A DNA stretch of 63,994 nucleotides, counting the filler, from Streblomastix strix (Eukaryota), in assembly GCA_008636045.1 (NCBI GenBank). It is 3 parts of 3 records of this genome, joined end to end, with 100 filler letters (N's around TTAATTAATTAA, not from the genome) between each part and the next. Parts side by side here need not be neighbours in the genome. Positions count along the whole stretch, not along the records: positions 1 to 21,527 come from SNRW01000367.1; 2 more parts are not named here. The stretch is one strand, 5' to 3'. Each line of letters opens with the position of its first letter. The stretch's first letter is position 1. This document shows positions 1 through 13,300 of this stretch, piece by piece. The position numbers were made by a program, and so were the translations under genes. The notes under the pieces are model-generated. The model saw nothing but the letters and a program-made list of their open reading frames with translations, did not search any database and was not told the origin of the DNA.

Positions 1-3000
1 ATTATCTTAATTGTTTTCAATTTGATTGTTAGATTCTAATTATTAATTATTTTATCCTTATTAAGATGGTTATAATTGAGATTGTAATTAATTGGGTGTT
101 TATAATAATTGTGATTATGAATTCATTATAGGAAGAAGTATTTTTTCATTTTAGAATGCAAAACTTCCTTATGATCGAAGAATTGATTTAGCTTTTCCTA
201 AAATTGGTTTTTCTTTAATTTGAATTCTATTTTCATTATCTTATTGTGTTTATTTTACGTCAATTTATGAATTGCTTTCAATATGATTTAATGAAGAATT
301 TTGCATTTATTTATTCTCATCTAAATTATTTTATTATTTTATTTAATTTTATTATTTGTATTCATCATTCAAACGGGGAAGAATTATTTATTATTGTTAT
401 ATCTGTATTATATTTTAATCATTATTATCATTCAAATTAGATTTATCAATTCCATTCAAATCATTTGATTTTATTCTTTATAATTAAACTTTCCCAATTT
501 TAACTTGTGAGTAACTTTTTTCTGGAGAAATTTGATTATATTATTAATTTTATTGTATTCTGTTTTCATCTTCATTATTTGATATTCTTTATTTTGCATT
601 TGAAAAGTTAGCATCTGAAAAAGAATGTCTGTTTGAATTATTGAAAAAATTATTATTATTTAATTCTTTATTATTTCTTCTCTAATTCACATAATAATCA
701 TCTTCCTACTCAAATAAATTATTTTATTATTTCTCTATTTATTAATTTGGTTCTTAATTTTATTCTTAATTTTAATTTATTGCAAAATCAATAAATTCAT
801 CATAAATTAATTTAATCTTTGATTATCTTAATTTTGATAAGTGTTTCTAAGCTTGTCTTTATTTAGGTTACAATTAGGGTTCAAAGAACTGATTTTATTA
901 TTCTTACTAATTTTATATACTATTTTATGAATCATATTAATTTGCTGATCTTTTTCTATCATTTAATCGAATACCGGAACTGCTTTATGATCGATATTAT
1001 TATTTATGTTATTATTCAAATTGCTTCTGTGATTTTTGTTTTTGTTATAAATAGTTCAGTGTTTTGTGGGGAGAAAATTATAATAAATTAAATTTTGGAG
1101 GATATAAAATAGCTGTAGATTAATACATTCTTTGCTCTTTTAAGTAATTATCTTATTATTTATGTTTATCTTTATTAATTTAATTTATTTCTTCATTATG
1201 CAATTATTAATTTGATTTCTAATTTTTTTTCTTTTAAGTTTATAAAATAAGTGGTTTTAATTTTCTTGATTCTTTTTATTATTTTATTTATTATTCGCTT
1301 TATTATTATTTTATTATTTCAGATTATTTTTCTTTTAATGTTTCTTTTTCTTTATTATTTTCTTATTCATTATCTTATTTAGATATTCTTTTTCTTTCTT
1401 TTTTTGATTCAACTTTCTTTTCCAACATTTAGTCTTTATTTATTTCTTATTAATCAACTGGTTTTTTATTTGAAATGATTTATTTATTTTCATTATTCAT
1501 TTTGGATTAATATTTATCAAATTATTGATATTATTATTTCAAATCATTTATCTTTAAATCTTTTGATGATTCTACTAAACTATCACAATATCTTTCTGTT
1601 TCTTTATCTTTTTCATTATGAATTTAATTTTATTGTTCAATAATGTATGTTTATTCATTGCTTGTCTTCTATATATCTATATTTTCATTTATATTTTATG
1701 TTTCACTCTTATATTATTAATTAGTGTTTGTGTTAGCACTTGTTTCATTTAATATTTATTTATTTTATTCATCATATTATGCTATTTATTCATTATTTTC
1801 TATTAGTTATTAATTATTTTCTTCAAATGAGATTTTATTCTCATTACAATTATTATTAATAATATTTGGTTATATACTTTTAATTTAATCTGATTTTGAT
1901 TGATTTTTATTTTAATCTTCAATTTTCAATTCAGTTTATATTTCATCTTTAATTTATTCATTTATATCCTTATATTTAATTTAACTTTCTTCTTCAATTA
2001 TATCTTATTCTTATTCAATTATTACTAATTATTATTCTATATTATTTTATGTATTTTCTTTATTTATTATTACATTTTTTGTATCCAATTATTATTAGTT
2101 TTCAAATTATTTATTAGTTTCAAGATTATTTGTTTATTAATTTTCTTTTGTGTATAAAATTGAAAGAAGAATTTTTCCAACAGTTTATTCATTATTCTCC
2201 AATTAATCTTATTATTATTATTATTATCTTGAATTAATAAATGAATATAAATTTGTTTGCTTCTTATTTAAGAATGAAATAAACTGAAAGGAAATTAAAG
2301 AAATAAAAGAAATAAAATATTAATCAATGAGAAAATTAATTGATTTTAAATAATAAATATATAATTTCATATGAATTTATTCAAAAACTAGATATTATTA
2401 TTCAATTTATATTCATACTGGTATACTAAGGGTTCCTTTTAATTAATTTGATCCTTCCTAATCAATATTCCAAAGTTCTATTTAAATTTCTCTTTCTTCA
2501 GTTTCATCTGGATCAAATAAAAGTATAAACTTTTATTCAAATGAAACTTTGTTGTCATTAAAATATATTTCATCTTTGTTCATTTATTAATTTAATTATA
2601 TTTCAGTATTATAAATATTTTCATTATTAATTTTCTAATATTGATCCAATTATTATGTTTATTCTTATTAATTTTATAATTTCATAATAATATATGCATT
2701 TGAATATGAATCAATATTTTCATTTTCATTCACATTTACAAGTTCAAACCCAAATATTATTAATTCAATTTATCCTTTTTCGTATCTCGGTTTGGCATAA
2801 ATCACTTTTTCTTAACAAATAAAGTATCTTGAATTCTCTCGATCAATTTAACTCTATTTTTCATAGTAAGTTAATTATTTCGTTTATGCTGCTGTTGTAT
2901 CATCTTTATTATTTATTTATTATTTGTATTGTTATTATACTTATTATTCTTATTGTTAATGAACTGGTAATAAACCATAATATCCTCCTTATTCTAAATA

Positions 3001-5817
3001 ATTGAATATATTTTGTTGTTGTTTAGGATATTATGAGTTAATTATCTTTTTCTTTTTCTTTCCATTCAAACTTTGAGAAGTGTATTAATTATATTCATTT
3101 AATTAACTTATACTTTCCATGTTATTACTATTGTAATTATTATCTTTCAATAATTGCTATTAATTTAAACTATGATTTACTAATTCCTTTTCTTTCTTAC
3201 TATCATTTTCATCATCATTATTAATTTATTTGTTTTCCTTTTCAACGGTTTATTATTTCTTTCTTTAATGAACTTATTTTCGTGTTATTTTTCTGTCTTT
3301 TGTTTTAATTATCTCATCTAATTATTCTAATTCGTCTTATATCTCATTTATATAATCTTAGTTAAGCAAAAATTCAGTTTCATATTTACCTGTTTAATTT
3401 ATTTATTCAAATTCTTACAAATATTCGTTCAGTTAATCTAACTCATTATCATACTCGGATTCTTCTTGAATTACTTATAGTTTCAGTTATTATTATGATT
3501 GAAAATATTACTTTTGTAATTTTTCAATTGAGGATTATGATTATTTTTTAACCTTTTCTTTCTCTAAGTTTTATTGTTATTATTCAACATTTTCAGATTT
3601 ATTTAACTTTTATTATTCAAATTATATGATTTTTTCTTTTTCAATTGGAGATTATATTTAATTTTCATTCTTTTCTTTTTCTTAATTTTTTTGTTATTCT
3701 TTAATCCTATTTCTGATATTTTCAAGTTTATATTTTAATCTCACTTTAAGTCCAATTATAACACTGAAATATAAAAAATATCACATATATAAAAAAAAAG
3801 GTTGAACTATAAAAAAAATAATTATTAAATTAATAGATTAAAATAAATAATTAATATTAAATATTGAAACAATATATAATACTTTAAAGGAAGCATTGGT
3901 GTCAAAGCCGTATCTAATTCTCCTTTTGTAATGTTGACTTCATCCAACTATCATAATATATGAATTTAATTTAAATAATAAATCAAATATAAATTATTAT
4001 TAAAAATAAATTAATATTTATACTTCTTCAGGAAGAGGAAGAGTTCCATTGCATGTAACCCAAGGATGTTACTGTAATGCAAATGTAATTATATATACAA
4101 GAATAAATAAAATTAATATTTATTTAAAATAAGTAGTATTTAATTAATATAATTCTTCAATTTAATATAAGCATACTTTTAATTATTCAATTGTGAATCT
4201 TTTTTAAGGATCTTTCTCCAAAGTTCCCTTTAATATTATATTTGGTTATTAATATAACAGAATGAATATTATTAATAATAATCAAAATATATTAATTTAT
4301 TTTTATTTATTTTTAATTAATATAATATTATATATTAAATGAGCATTAAAATACTTCTAATAAATTCCTTAAATCAGATGAAATCCTACTTGTTATTTCT
4401 TTGTTTTCTTCTTTATCAAAAGGAATCGGATTGTTTATTACTGATTTATACAAATTATATTTATTTTCTTCATCGTATGGAAGATGACTAATTAATATTA
4501 AAAAGAATAAAAAGTATTTATATAAACTGTGCTATTTGAATATAAATTATAATACCCATAGATAAACATGAAAAGTGTCACTCCAATTGCATATATATCT
4601 GCAAGTGATGGTAAATATCCATTTTTTACGGTAATAGCTATAGTTATAATCAAAAAAAATATAAGAAAAATATAAAATGTATTAATAAATAAAAAAATAT
4701 AAATTAATAATTTTTTATATATTTAAATAATCAAACGATTTACAGCTTCAGGAGGAATAAATGGAGGAGTTCCTTTGACTGTTGTGATCAAAGTTGTCAT
4801 ATCTTCATAATATGACGAAACTCCAAAGTCACTGAACGAAATTAATTAAATATATTAACATAAAAAAAAAAATAATAAATACAAATTATTAATACCAGAT
4901 TTTAATAGTATCATCTTCTTTTCGTAAAATATTATCTGGTTTTATGTCGTGATGAACAATATGGTTCTTATGCACTTGAATAAAATAAATAAAACAGATA
5001 AATAATAATAAATATTTTATTATTATTTAAATGACTTTAATTATTGAAAATAAAATGTAATATAAAATACTGTATGAAATTCCAGCAATAATATCTCTAA
5101 TATCAGCACGTGCTTTATCTTCACTAAATGGTTCTTAATCTTCAATAAAGCATGGTCCACCTTTCACAAATTCAAGAACTAAATAATAATAATTAATAAT
5201 AATAGAAAAATAAATAAATATAATAAAAATAAATAAGTTTTATAAACAAACTCATATAAAGTTTCTTTTTTGAAGTATCATCAATGACTTCGCGTAATTT
5301 GACAATATTTGGATGCCTCATCTTCTTCATTATGGCAACTTCCCTGTTTATCGCTAAAGGGTACAAATTAGGATTAAATTATTAATTAAATTTAAATAAA
5401 TTAAACAATAAATTAGAACTATTATTATTAATAATAATAAAACGTATTATTTTCATACTTTCTTCTTATGTTAAAGCTACTTATTTTCGAGGGCCTCTTT
5501 AAGGAGCAATAACCCGTTTCTTTTATTCTTTCTTTATGACCTTCATCGCATAAAGTTTACTAGGATTACTTACTATATGAACAAGCTTAACTTTACCAAA
5601 TGCGCCTTTACCAATCATTTGATGAATAACATATTGATTTATTGTTCGAGTTCCTGACTCTGAATCCCTTTGTTTAAGCAATTAGTCAGTAAAAACTACG
5701 CTCTTGAATAAACTCGAATGTTTCACTGGAAATTGGCAACATGATTATACTTAAATTAGAGATGTGGAAAAATAATTTCAAACCCATTAACTATCTACGT
5801 AAAGTTGCGTCTGACAT
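1..5817 (-). CDS. CaMKK/GRIK-like Ser/Thr kinase with long low-complexity C-terminus and possible C2-like segment; multi-exon, 3' end outside window
   Basis: With TAR=Gln: MSDATLRRQLM, 34-nt GT-AG intron, then ...TINQYVIHQMIGKGAFGKVKL, HHDIKPDNIL (~4930-4960), DFGVS, GTPPFIPPE. Segment FEQKFILLFDPDETEEREIQIELWNID...KGTLSIP (~2420-2545) resembles a C2 strand pattern. Confidence 0.85.
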
Positions 5818-6576
5818 TTTCAGATTTTCTAATCAAAAAATATATATAAATATAAATTCAATAATTATGAAAAGTGAATAATATAGAAGTAATAATAATA
5901 AAAAATGTAAAATTAAGTTAAAAAACAGTGGAAAATTATACTAAAATATATCTAATTGAGTTTTGTAATATTAAAGAGTTATATTGCAGTTAATCTAAAA
6001 ATAAAAAGTGTTTTTTTGAGTTTTAATTTGCATAATTCTAATTTTAATAAAAAAATTATATTTGTGTTCAATTTAATTGCAATTACGAGTCAGGAATGAA
6101 TATTTTTCGGGAAAAAATGCAGATGAGTTCAAAAATAATGTTACTATAGTTAAGTATAATATGTTTCATATATTTTTATGATTAAAATATTAATTTTATA
6201 TAATTTAAAGAAAAAGGATAATTAATTGCTCATGAAGTATCTTGTTTTCGTTAAATTAATCTAAAATTATTATTTTAAAATGTTACTACTGTAAAAAATG
6301 ATTGAAATTTTAAATATTACTAATAAATATATTATTAAATAAAAATAAAAATAATAATTTTAAAAATTTAACTATTGAAGCGTAAGAAAACAGCAAAATA
6401 ATAATATATTAATTCATTTTCTCTATAAAAGGTGCAAATGAGATTGTATAAAAAATATATTATTTATAGATCAAACGCAATTTCTTATTCAATAAACTTA
6501 TTTGTAATATAAAAATATAAATACTAAAGCAAATTAAACATGCATTTTATTAATCAGTACAAAAATGAGTATAATT

Positions 6577-7483
6577 TCAGTGTATAACAATAAAAATGAC
6601 TATCACTAATATCAGAATATACACAGTGACATCCCTAACTGTCTAGAATTTCGTCGACGGCAAACTTTCCTAGCTGCTCATTGTAGAAGAGCTTGGTGTG
6701 TAAGCTCGTGTACTCACACTAGTCTACTATAGTATCGGATACAAAGGCGAGTTCTCGTCAAGCGCAGGCGCGCCCACGCGGAACTGCGGATATGCAACTC
6801 CAAGGATACTGAGCTGGCCTTAGTCGTCCCATTGGAATCTGGCTGCTTATTAATTGTGCTGGTTCAATTGGTCTGGTGAAACTTGTGGTATGCGTGCAGC
6901 TGGGCGGGTGGGTATATTGCGCGTGCTATGCAGGCATGTAATGGAGATATATAAATACATAACACAAATATAAATGAATAATATAAACATATATTATAAA
7001 TGTACAACACGTAATTATAAATAAACAATTAATTTTATTAATATAAATATGTTTAAGATCTAATTTTATAACTAACTATAAATAATTTTCATACCGTGGG
7101 TCTATTTATTCTTTACCTCGTCCATAGATTGGTGTAACATAATCGCGGTTGCATGCAGCATTGCAAACTGGACATGCGCTTCGTGTTTACATCCACTACA
7201 TAAATATATATAGATAGGTAAATAAGTAAATAAGCAAGTAAATAAATAAATAAATAAATATACTTCGTGTAGGCAAGGCCAGCAGAATAAATGTCTGGAA
7301 ATAGATTATATGAAAATATTTAATAATAGAAGAAAGAATAATCTGTATATACCCGCAAGCTGTAAGTACTGGATCTGTTGGTAAATCTAAGCAAATACAA
7401 CATGAAAATGCTGCTTTTTGCTCTTCTGTATCAAATAGAGGTTACACAGATTCTATGCAAGAGTTATCTAATTCACTTTCCAT
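6577..7483 (-). CDS. RNF5/RMA1-like C3HC4 RING E3 ubiquitin ligase with C-terminal transmembrane anchor
   Basis: FSCCICLDLPTDPVLTACG|HLFCWPCLHE|WMQTRSACPVCN...VTPIYGRG; ends VTVYILILVIVIFIVIH-TGA; GT-AG introns. Confidence 0.9.
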
Positions 7484-8299
7484 CTTTAAATATCGTATAA
7501 AATTTAAAAGAGATAATAATATTATTAAAATAAATATAAGTTAATAATAAATTATAGTCAAATACATCTAAAGAGTGAAATACCAAGGAATAAAAATATT
7601 TATATTGATTAATTTAAAATAGGATATGAATAAAGCGGATTTTAGTGTTTATTAAAAAAAATAATATTAAAAATTTAAATAAAAAGTATTAAAATGAATA
7701 TGCAGCAGTGTTAATCATTTAAGTATGCATATAATTACAAAATTTCTACATATATAATTGATAAATTAGTCGATCATGAGGAGTAAAATTCAATTTATAG
7801 AGATTTGGTGGATTGTAATTTAAATCGATATTGGGTTTGTTGCCAAATATCAAAATATAAAATTATTAATATGTAATACATTATAATGATATTTATTTAT
7901 CAAATAATAATAAAAGCTTATCATTTATCTGTTGCAGAAAGTAACTGGTAAAATATCTTTACTGCAATACCATATATTGTATTCAAAACATTTTTTAAAA
8001 GCAATTAACTAATATTTACAATAAAAATGTCCTTCTACAAAAATTAAATTTTAATCAATTTTATAGGACAGATCTTAGAGTGCAATACATTGTATGTTTT
8101 GATTTAACTTATTATTTGAAGCTGAAATACATTTATCTACAAATTCACATACAAATATTCTACTTTTACTATCCTGCTCGTGAATTCTAGAACAATATTT
8201 TAAACCTACGCTAACTTATTTACTGCTTTCAAGCTATGACTTCTAAAAGTAGAATATAGTTTAACAATTTTCAAATGCTAATTTATAAATAACTAACAA

Positions 8300-8383
8300 T
8301 GGTTTACGACTGCCGGACACTGGTTTACGACTGCCGGACACTTGTTTATGACTACCTCAAACTAGTTTTCCAACTGGTGCACA
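8300..8383. repeat. 21-bp tandem repeat (TGGTTTACGACTGCCGGACAC x2 plus degenerate copies) in a divergent intergenic region
   Basis: Exact copies at 8300 and 8321, degenerate copies at 8342 and about 8363. Confidence 0.85.
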
Positions 8384-8624
8384 CCAATTTAAAACTATTA
8401 CACTTTTAATTTTTATCATTACATACTTCCTAGAATCTGTTTTTTATCATATTATTCTTTTATAACATTTTATCTTCAATACTATATATAATATTTACTA
8501 TTATATTAATTATCTTAAACCAATAATTTTAAATTCAAATTTCGATTTATTTTTAACATAACTTTTCAAGAATAACTTTTTATTATTAATTTATTTAATT
8601 TTTCCATATTTATTTTTATTTAAG

Positions 8625-11600
8625 ATGAATTAATCTAACGTTCAGAAATAAGAAATTGACTCAAATAATTAGATTACAATGGATAATAGAAATTTGGATT
8701 AATTATAGAATATTGTTGATAATACATCTGGTATATCTATTTAATTAATTATATGCAGCAAATAAATTAGATAATTATTAAACTATTTAATATATTATAA
8801 TTCATATTTATTAAATCTCATTATTATTATGATTAATTTGTAAGTATTATAAATAAAAACTTTTAATATATTTCTTTTTTTTTCACAATTACAAATATAT
8901 ATATTTTTTTTTCTTTTATTCAACAACAGAGTTCAACATTATTGATCAATAAATATCTGCATTTACTCCAACTTAATTTGATTCAAATGGAAATTTGTAA
9001 GGTAATTAATTTAATAGAAAAATATCAAATTACTGAATAGTAACAATAATATTTTTTAGTTATATATTTATTTATATTTAATATTATTTATATTTCTTTT
9101 TAAAATGCATTATTTTCATTAATTTTCATTTTAATTTATTAGACAAACCTTTCAGTAATTCTTCAGATCAAGTAAAAAAACAATCATTTTAAATTCAGTA
9201 AGGTTTTTAATTTAATATTTTATTTATTGATATAATTATAATATTTCATAATGCAATATATTTAAGTATTTAATAATTTACTTAATTATAATAAAATAAT
9301 TAAAATTTCATTCAATATTTTTAATTTTTCAATTAATTTTAAACATAATAGAATTCAATATTATTTAGACTTTGATACCTGTAGAAGAAGAATCAAACAT
9401 TAGAATAAATAATTAACAAAATGGTAATTTAATTTTTATTAATATATTAGAAAGTTAATAAATAATTATTAATGAATATTTATATATTTAAATTATTTAA
9501 TATTTATATTATTATTTATATCTCGTTCTTTAAATATATATTATTTAGATTATTAATATTATTCATTATTTATTTATTTACTATTTCTATATATTAAAAA
9601 CCCTCTATAATATTTAATCTGATTCAGCTATAAGAAAAAATGTTGAATATTCTTAAGGTTAATTACTTCTATTTATTTTATTTAATTAATATATATTATT
9701 AATAAATAAATTTTAATACTATTTCAATATTCTTTGATTGTTTAATGAAATATTAAATAAATATATTTAATTATTATTTTAATTTTTATTTATTATTAAT
9801 TTTATTCTAATTTATATTTTAATTAATTATTTTTGTATAATTTTATAAATTTTAGAATCCAATATTATTTAGACTTTGATACCTTCAGAAGAAGAATCAA
9901 ACATCAAAATGAAAGAAATACACAAAGGTTTTAATTTTTATATAAACTTTTTTTAAATAATTGAATATTAAAATTAATTAATAATTATTACTTTTTGATT
10001 TTATTCATTTTATTTATTCCATATCAATTATATTTCTTATTCATTTAAATTTTAATTATTAGAATTGCATCAACAACCTTTAGTTACCATTGGAATTAAT
10101 GACACACTTGGCAATCCAGATTAATAGTAGAATTAATAATAATAATAATAATAATTAAGTGATTATATTTAGATTAAAGATTAATTGATTTAAAATTCGG
10201 AAATTTTAATAAATGAAAGATAATTGAATTAAACTAATATTTAAATTGATTAAAATTATGACATTATTGGAATATAAACTGATGGTTTGATAAATATTTG
10301 TTAGATTTTATTTATTAAATATTAATTTTTAAATTAATTATCTTTTAATAACTAAATATATATATTTATGTTTTTATATATTAAATAGAATCAATAAAAT
10401 AAAATGCCGTTAATAACAATCAATTATAATTAATAGAAATATCATAATAAAATAATAATGAGAAAGAAAAGATTATTAATAAATTAAATTCAAAAGCAAA
10501 ACCGTTTATTCCAAAAAAAAATTCAAACAAATCTGAAATTAATTAATAAATTTAATAAACATAACATTCAACATATGATTCTTAGAAGAAATAATCATTA
10601 TTACCAATAAACGACCAAACATAACAATAAAATTCATCATCATTTCAATCGTCATCTTCTTTTCCAATAATGCAATACCAAACAAAATTCAATTCATTAC
10701 CACAAACTCCTTTAATATAAAATTAACTTAACTTTAATCCTTCAATATTGAATTTAAATTTAAATCAATATTAATAATTCAATCCTTTTCCTTAATTATT
10801 TATTTAACCTGCACAAATCTAATAAAATAATATAATATCAAACTAATTTAATCTCAATATTTAATAATAGTATCCTATTTAATAAAATTCAATATTTTAA
10901 TAATAATAAATATAATAATAAATGCAACCTTACAATATTAATATGAATAATTAAAGTCTTTATTAGTAATAAAATCTGAATTAGAATCTATAAAATAAAA
11001 ATAATCATACATATCAAATTCCAACAATATTTGGTTCAAAGATGTCTGGAGGGATGTTTGGAATTTAAGGTCTGAATAATATATAAATATTTATATGAAA
11101 TAATTAATGAATATTTAATTTTAATAAAAAATTATTTAATTTTAATAATAAATATTAAATTGATTATATTATTATATTCACTATTTTTTTATTTTTAATT
11201 TAATATTTAGATGCACCAAAATATTAATTAGATTAATTGCATTAAATAATGAAAGATATTCATTCTATTATTGAATCAAATACAATAAATGATGAAGTGA
11301 AAGAAATAAAATTATAAGAAATATATTATGAATTGAAAAAGAAAGAAATAGATGAATTAAAAAAGATATTTAATATCGAAGCATTTAAATTAATTCAAAC
11401 TTATATTAATGATTGTATAACTGGAATAGAGAAAATATTATTAGATATGATCGAGTTAGTTGCTGAAAAAGGATAATAAGAAGATTATAATTAATTCTTC
11501 GATTCATTTCAATAATCTGGAATCATTAATAAGATTTAACAACTAATTAAAGATAAGATTAAGATTGAAAAAGAATAAAAGAAATATTCAGAAGAAACAG

Positions 11601-12769
11601 AATAATTATCAAGAATTAATATTCAATTAATGAAAGAAAGAGAATCTGATTAATCAATGATTGATATTTACACTAAAGTTATTGAAAAGAATTTAATAGA
11701 TTTATTAAATATAATCAATAAATTAAAATTAAATAATAATGAAGCGATTAATAATTAAATGAATAAAGAAGAAATAGAAAGTGAATTAAAATAATCAGCA
11801 AAATTAATTAGAGTAATTTCTTAAATTAGAGAGAAAAATCCGAAATATGATTGGATAGGAAGAATTCCAGAATTGATTATAAAGATTCTTAAATAAAAAG
11901 TATCTCCTATGATTCATCTAAATTGTCCTGAATACATAAATTGTAATAAACTCATCATCATTCAAGCATCTCCTGCTTTATAAGAATTAAAAGAAGCTAT
12001 ATTCTAAGCTCTTGTTGAAGTTTATAACAATAATTCTGAATTCGTGGGCATGTTAATTTAAGATAATAACTTCCTTCCTCATCTCGCACAATTCATAATT
12101 TCATATTCAACATAATTTCAACTTGAGTAGAAAACAAACATTAATTAATAATAGCATTAATAATAATCAGAATATTCTTCTTCTCCAACTTTTATTTCTT
12201 CTTCTCTTTAAATCCTTTATGATAAAATCAGGAATAATTATATATAAAATTCCAAATAAATAATATAAATTCCAAACTTTCTTCGTTCACTCACTATACT
12301 TATTAATTATAAGTGCAACATACACATCAACAATGAATAAGATTAATAATCATAACAAATTAGAAAATGGAGCAGATAATGTCTTAATTAGATTCAGTCA
12401 TATGGTGATGAATAAGATTAATCTGAACTAACTAATGTTGGATATGGAAGAGCGCTAATTATATATATTAGTACTGCAGGTGGGACAGAAGAGTAAAGAG
12501 ATTGGGAGATCTTTAATGGATTAAATAACATCTCCAGATTCATCTGTTAACTTCGTAATGGGAGAAATAATGATAATGATAATAATTAACCATCCTTCCC
12601 AACATAACCAGCTCTTTCTAAAAGATGCATCGAATAAATAGAAGAAGAAGGAGGAAATGAAGAAATTGAATCATAATTAATAAATAAATGGAATGAAAAA
12701 GATTATTATAATAATATCAAATATTAAGCGTATTAGGCCATAATAAAAATAACGAAAATATAAATTTGA
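8625..12769 (+). CDS. Hypothetical protein: small N-terminal exons, PAM2-like motif, Q/N-rich region, C-terminal helical domain of a lineage-expanded family (paralog of 55992-58469)
   Basis: ATG 8625; KLNSKAKPFIP at 10481-10513; last exon DAPKYQLDQLHQIMKDIHSIIES...GDEQDQSELTNVGYGRAL...IEEEGGNEEIESQL; TGA 12767-12769. Confidence 0.75.
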
Positions 12770-13300
12770 AATTGTTCTTCTGTATCCGAATAGATAATTC
12801 TTAATGTAATTAAACTATTAACAAATAAAGGAATATAAGAAGATGCACTCTTCAAATTTATGCAAAAAAGATCAATTTCCGTCTTAACTTTCAAGTTCGT
12901 ATCAGAAATTTCTACACCACACCTAAAAATGTTTTCAATTTCTAATAAAAAATATTCATGAAAAAAATGAAATTTGTTCAGTGATATTTTTATTATAAAT
13001 AATATCAATTTTATCATGTAATGCTTTTAAATAAATTAACAAAGAAAATAAATAACAATCAATAATTAAAAGTGCGAGAATCAGTTTGATAAACTAAAAA
13101 GAATAAAGATAATTTGTTCTATAAAACAATATTAAAAAATAATGAATGATCAAAATAAAAAGAAAGAATCAAATAAAAACTTGTTCAAATTGAACACAAT
13201 TTGCAAGAACGAAACCTATTCATATAAAAATCAGGTTGTATAATCGACTAATCACAAACAAAATTACATTTCCCCATATTATTATGTGCACGAATCACTT

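Noticed and set aside
8300..8383. CRISPR-like array (also 59147-59209)
   Set aside because: No unique spacers of suitable length, no cas genes, eukaryotic context.
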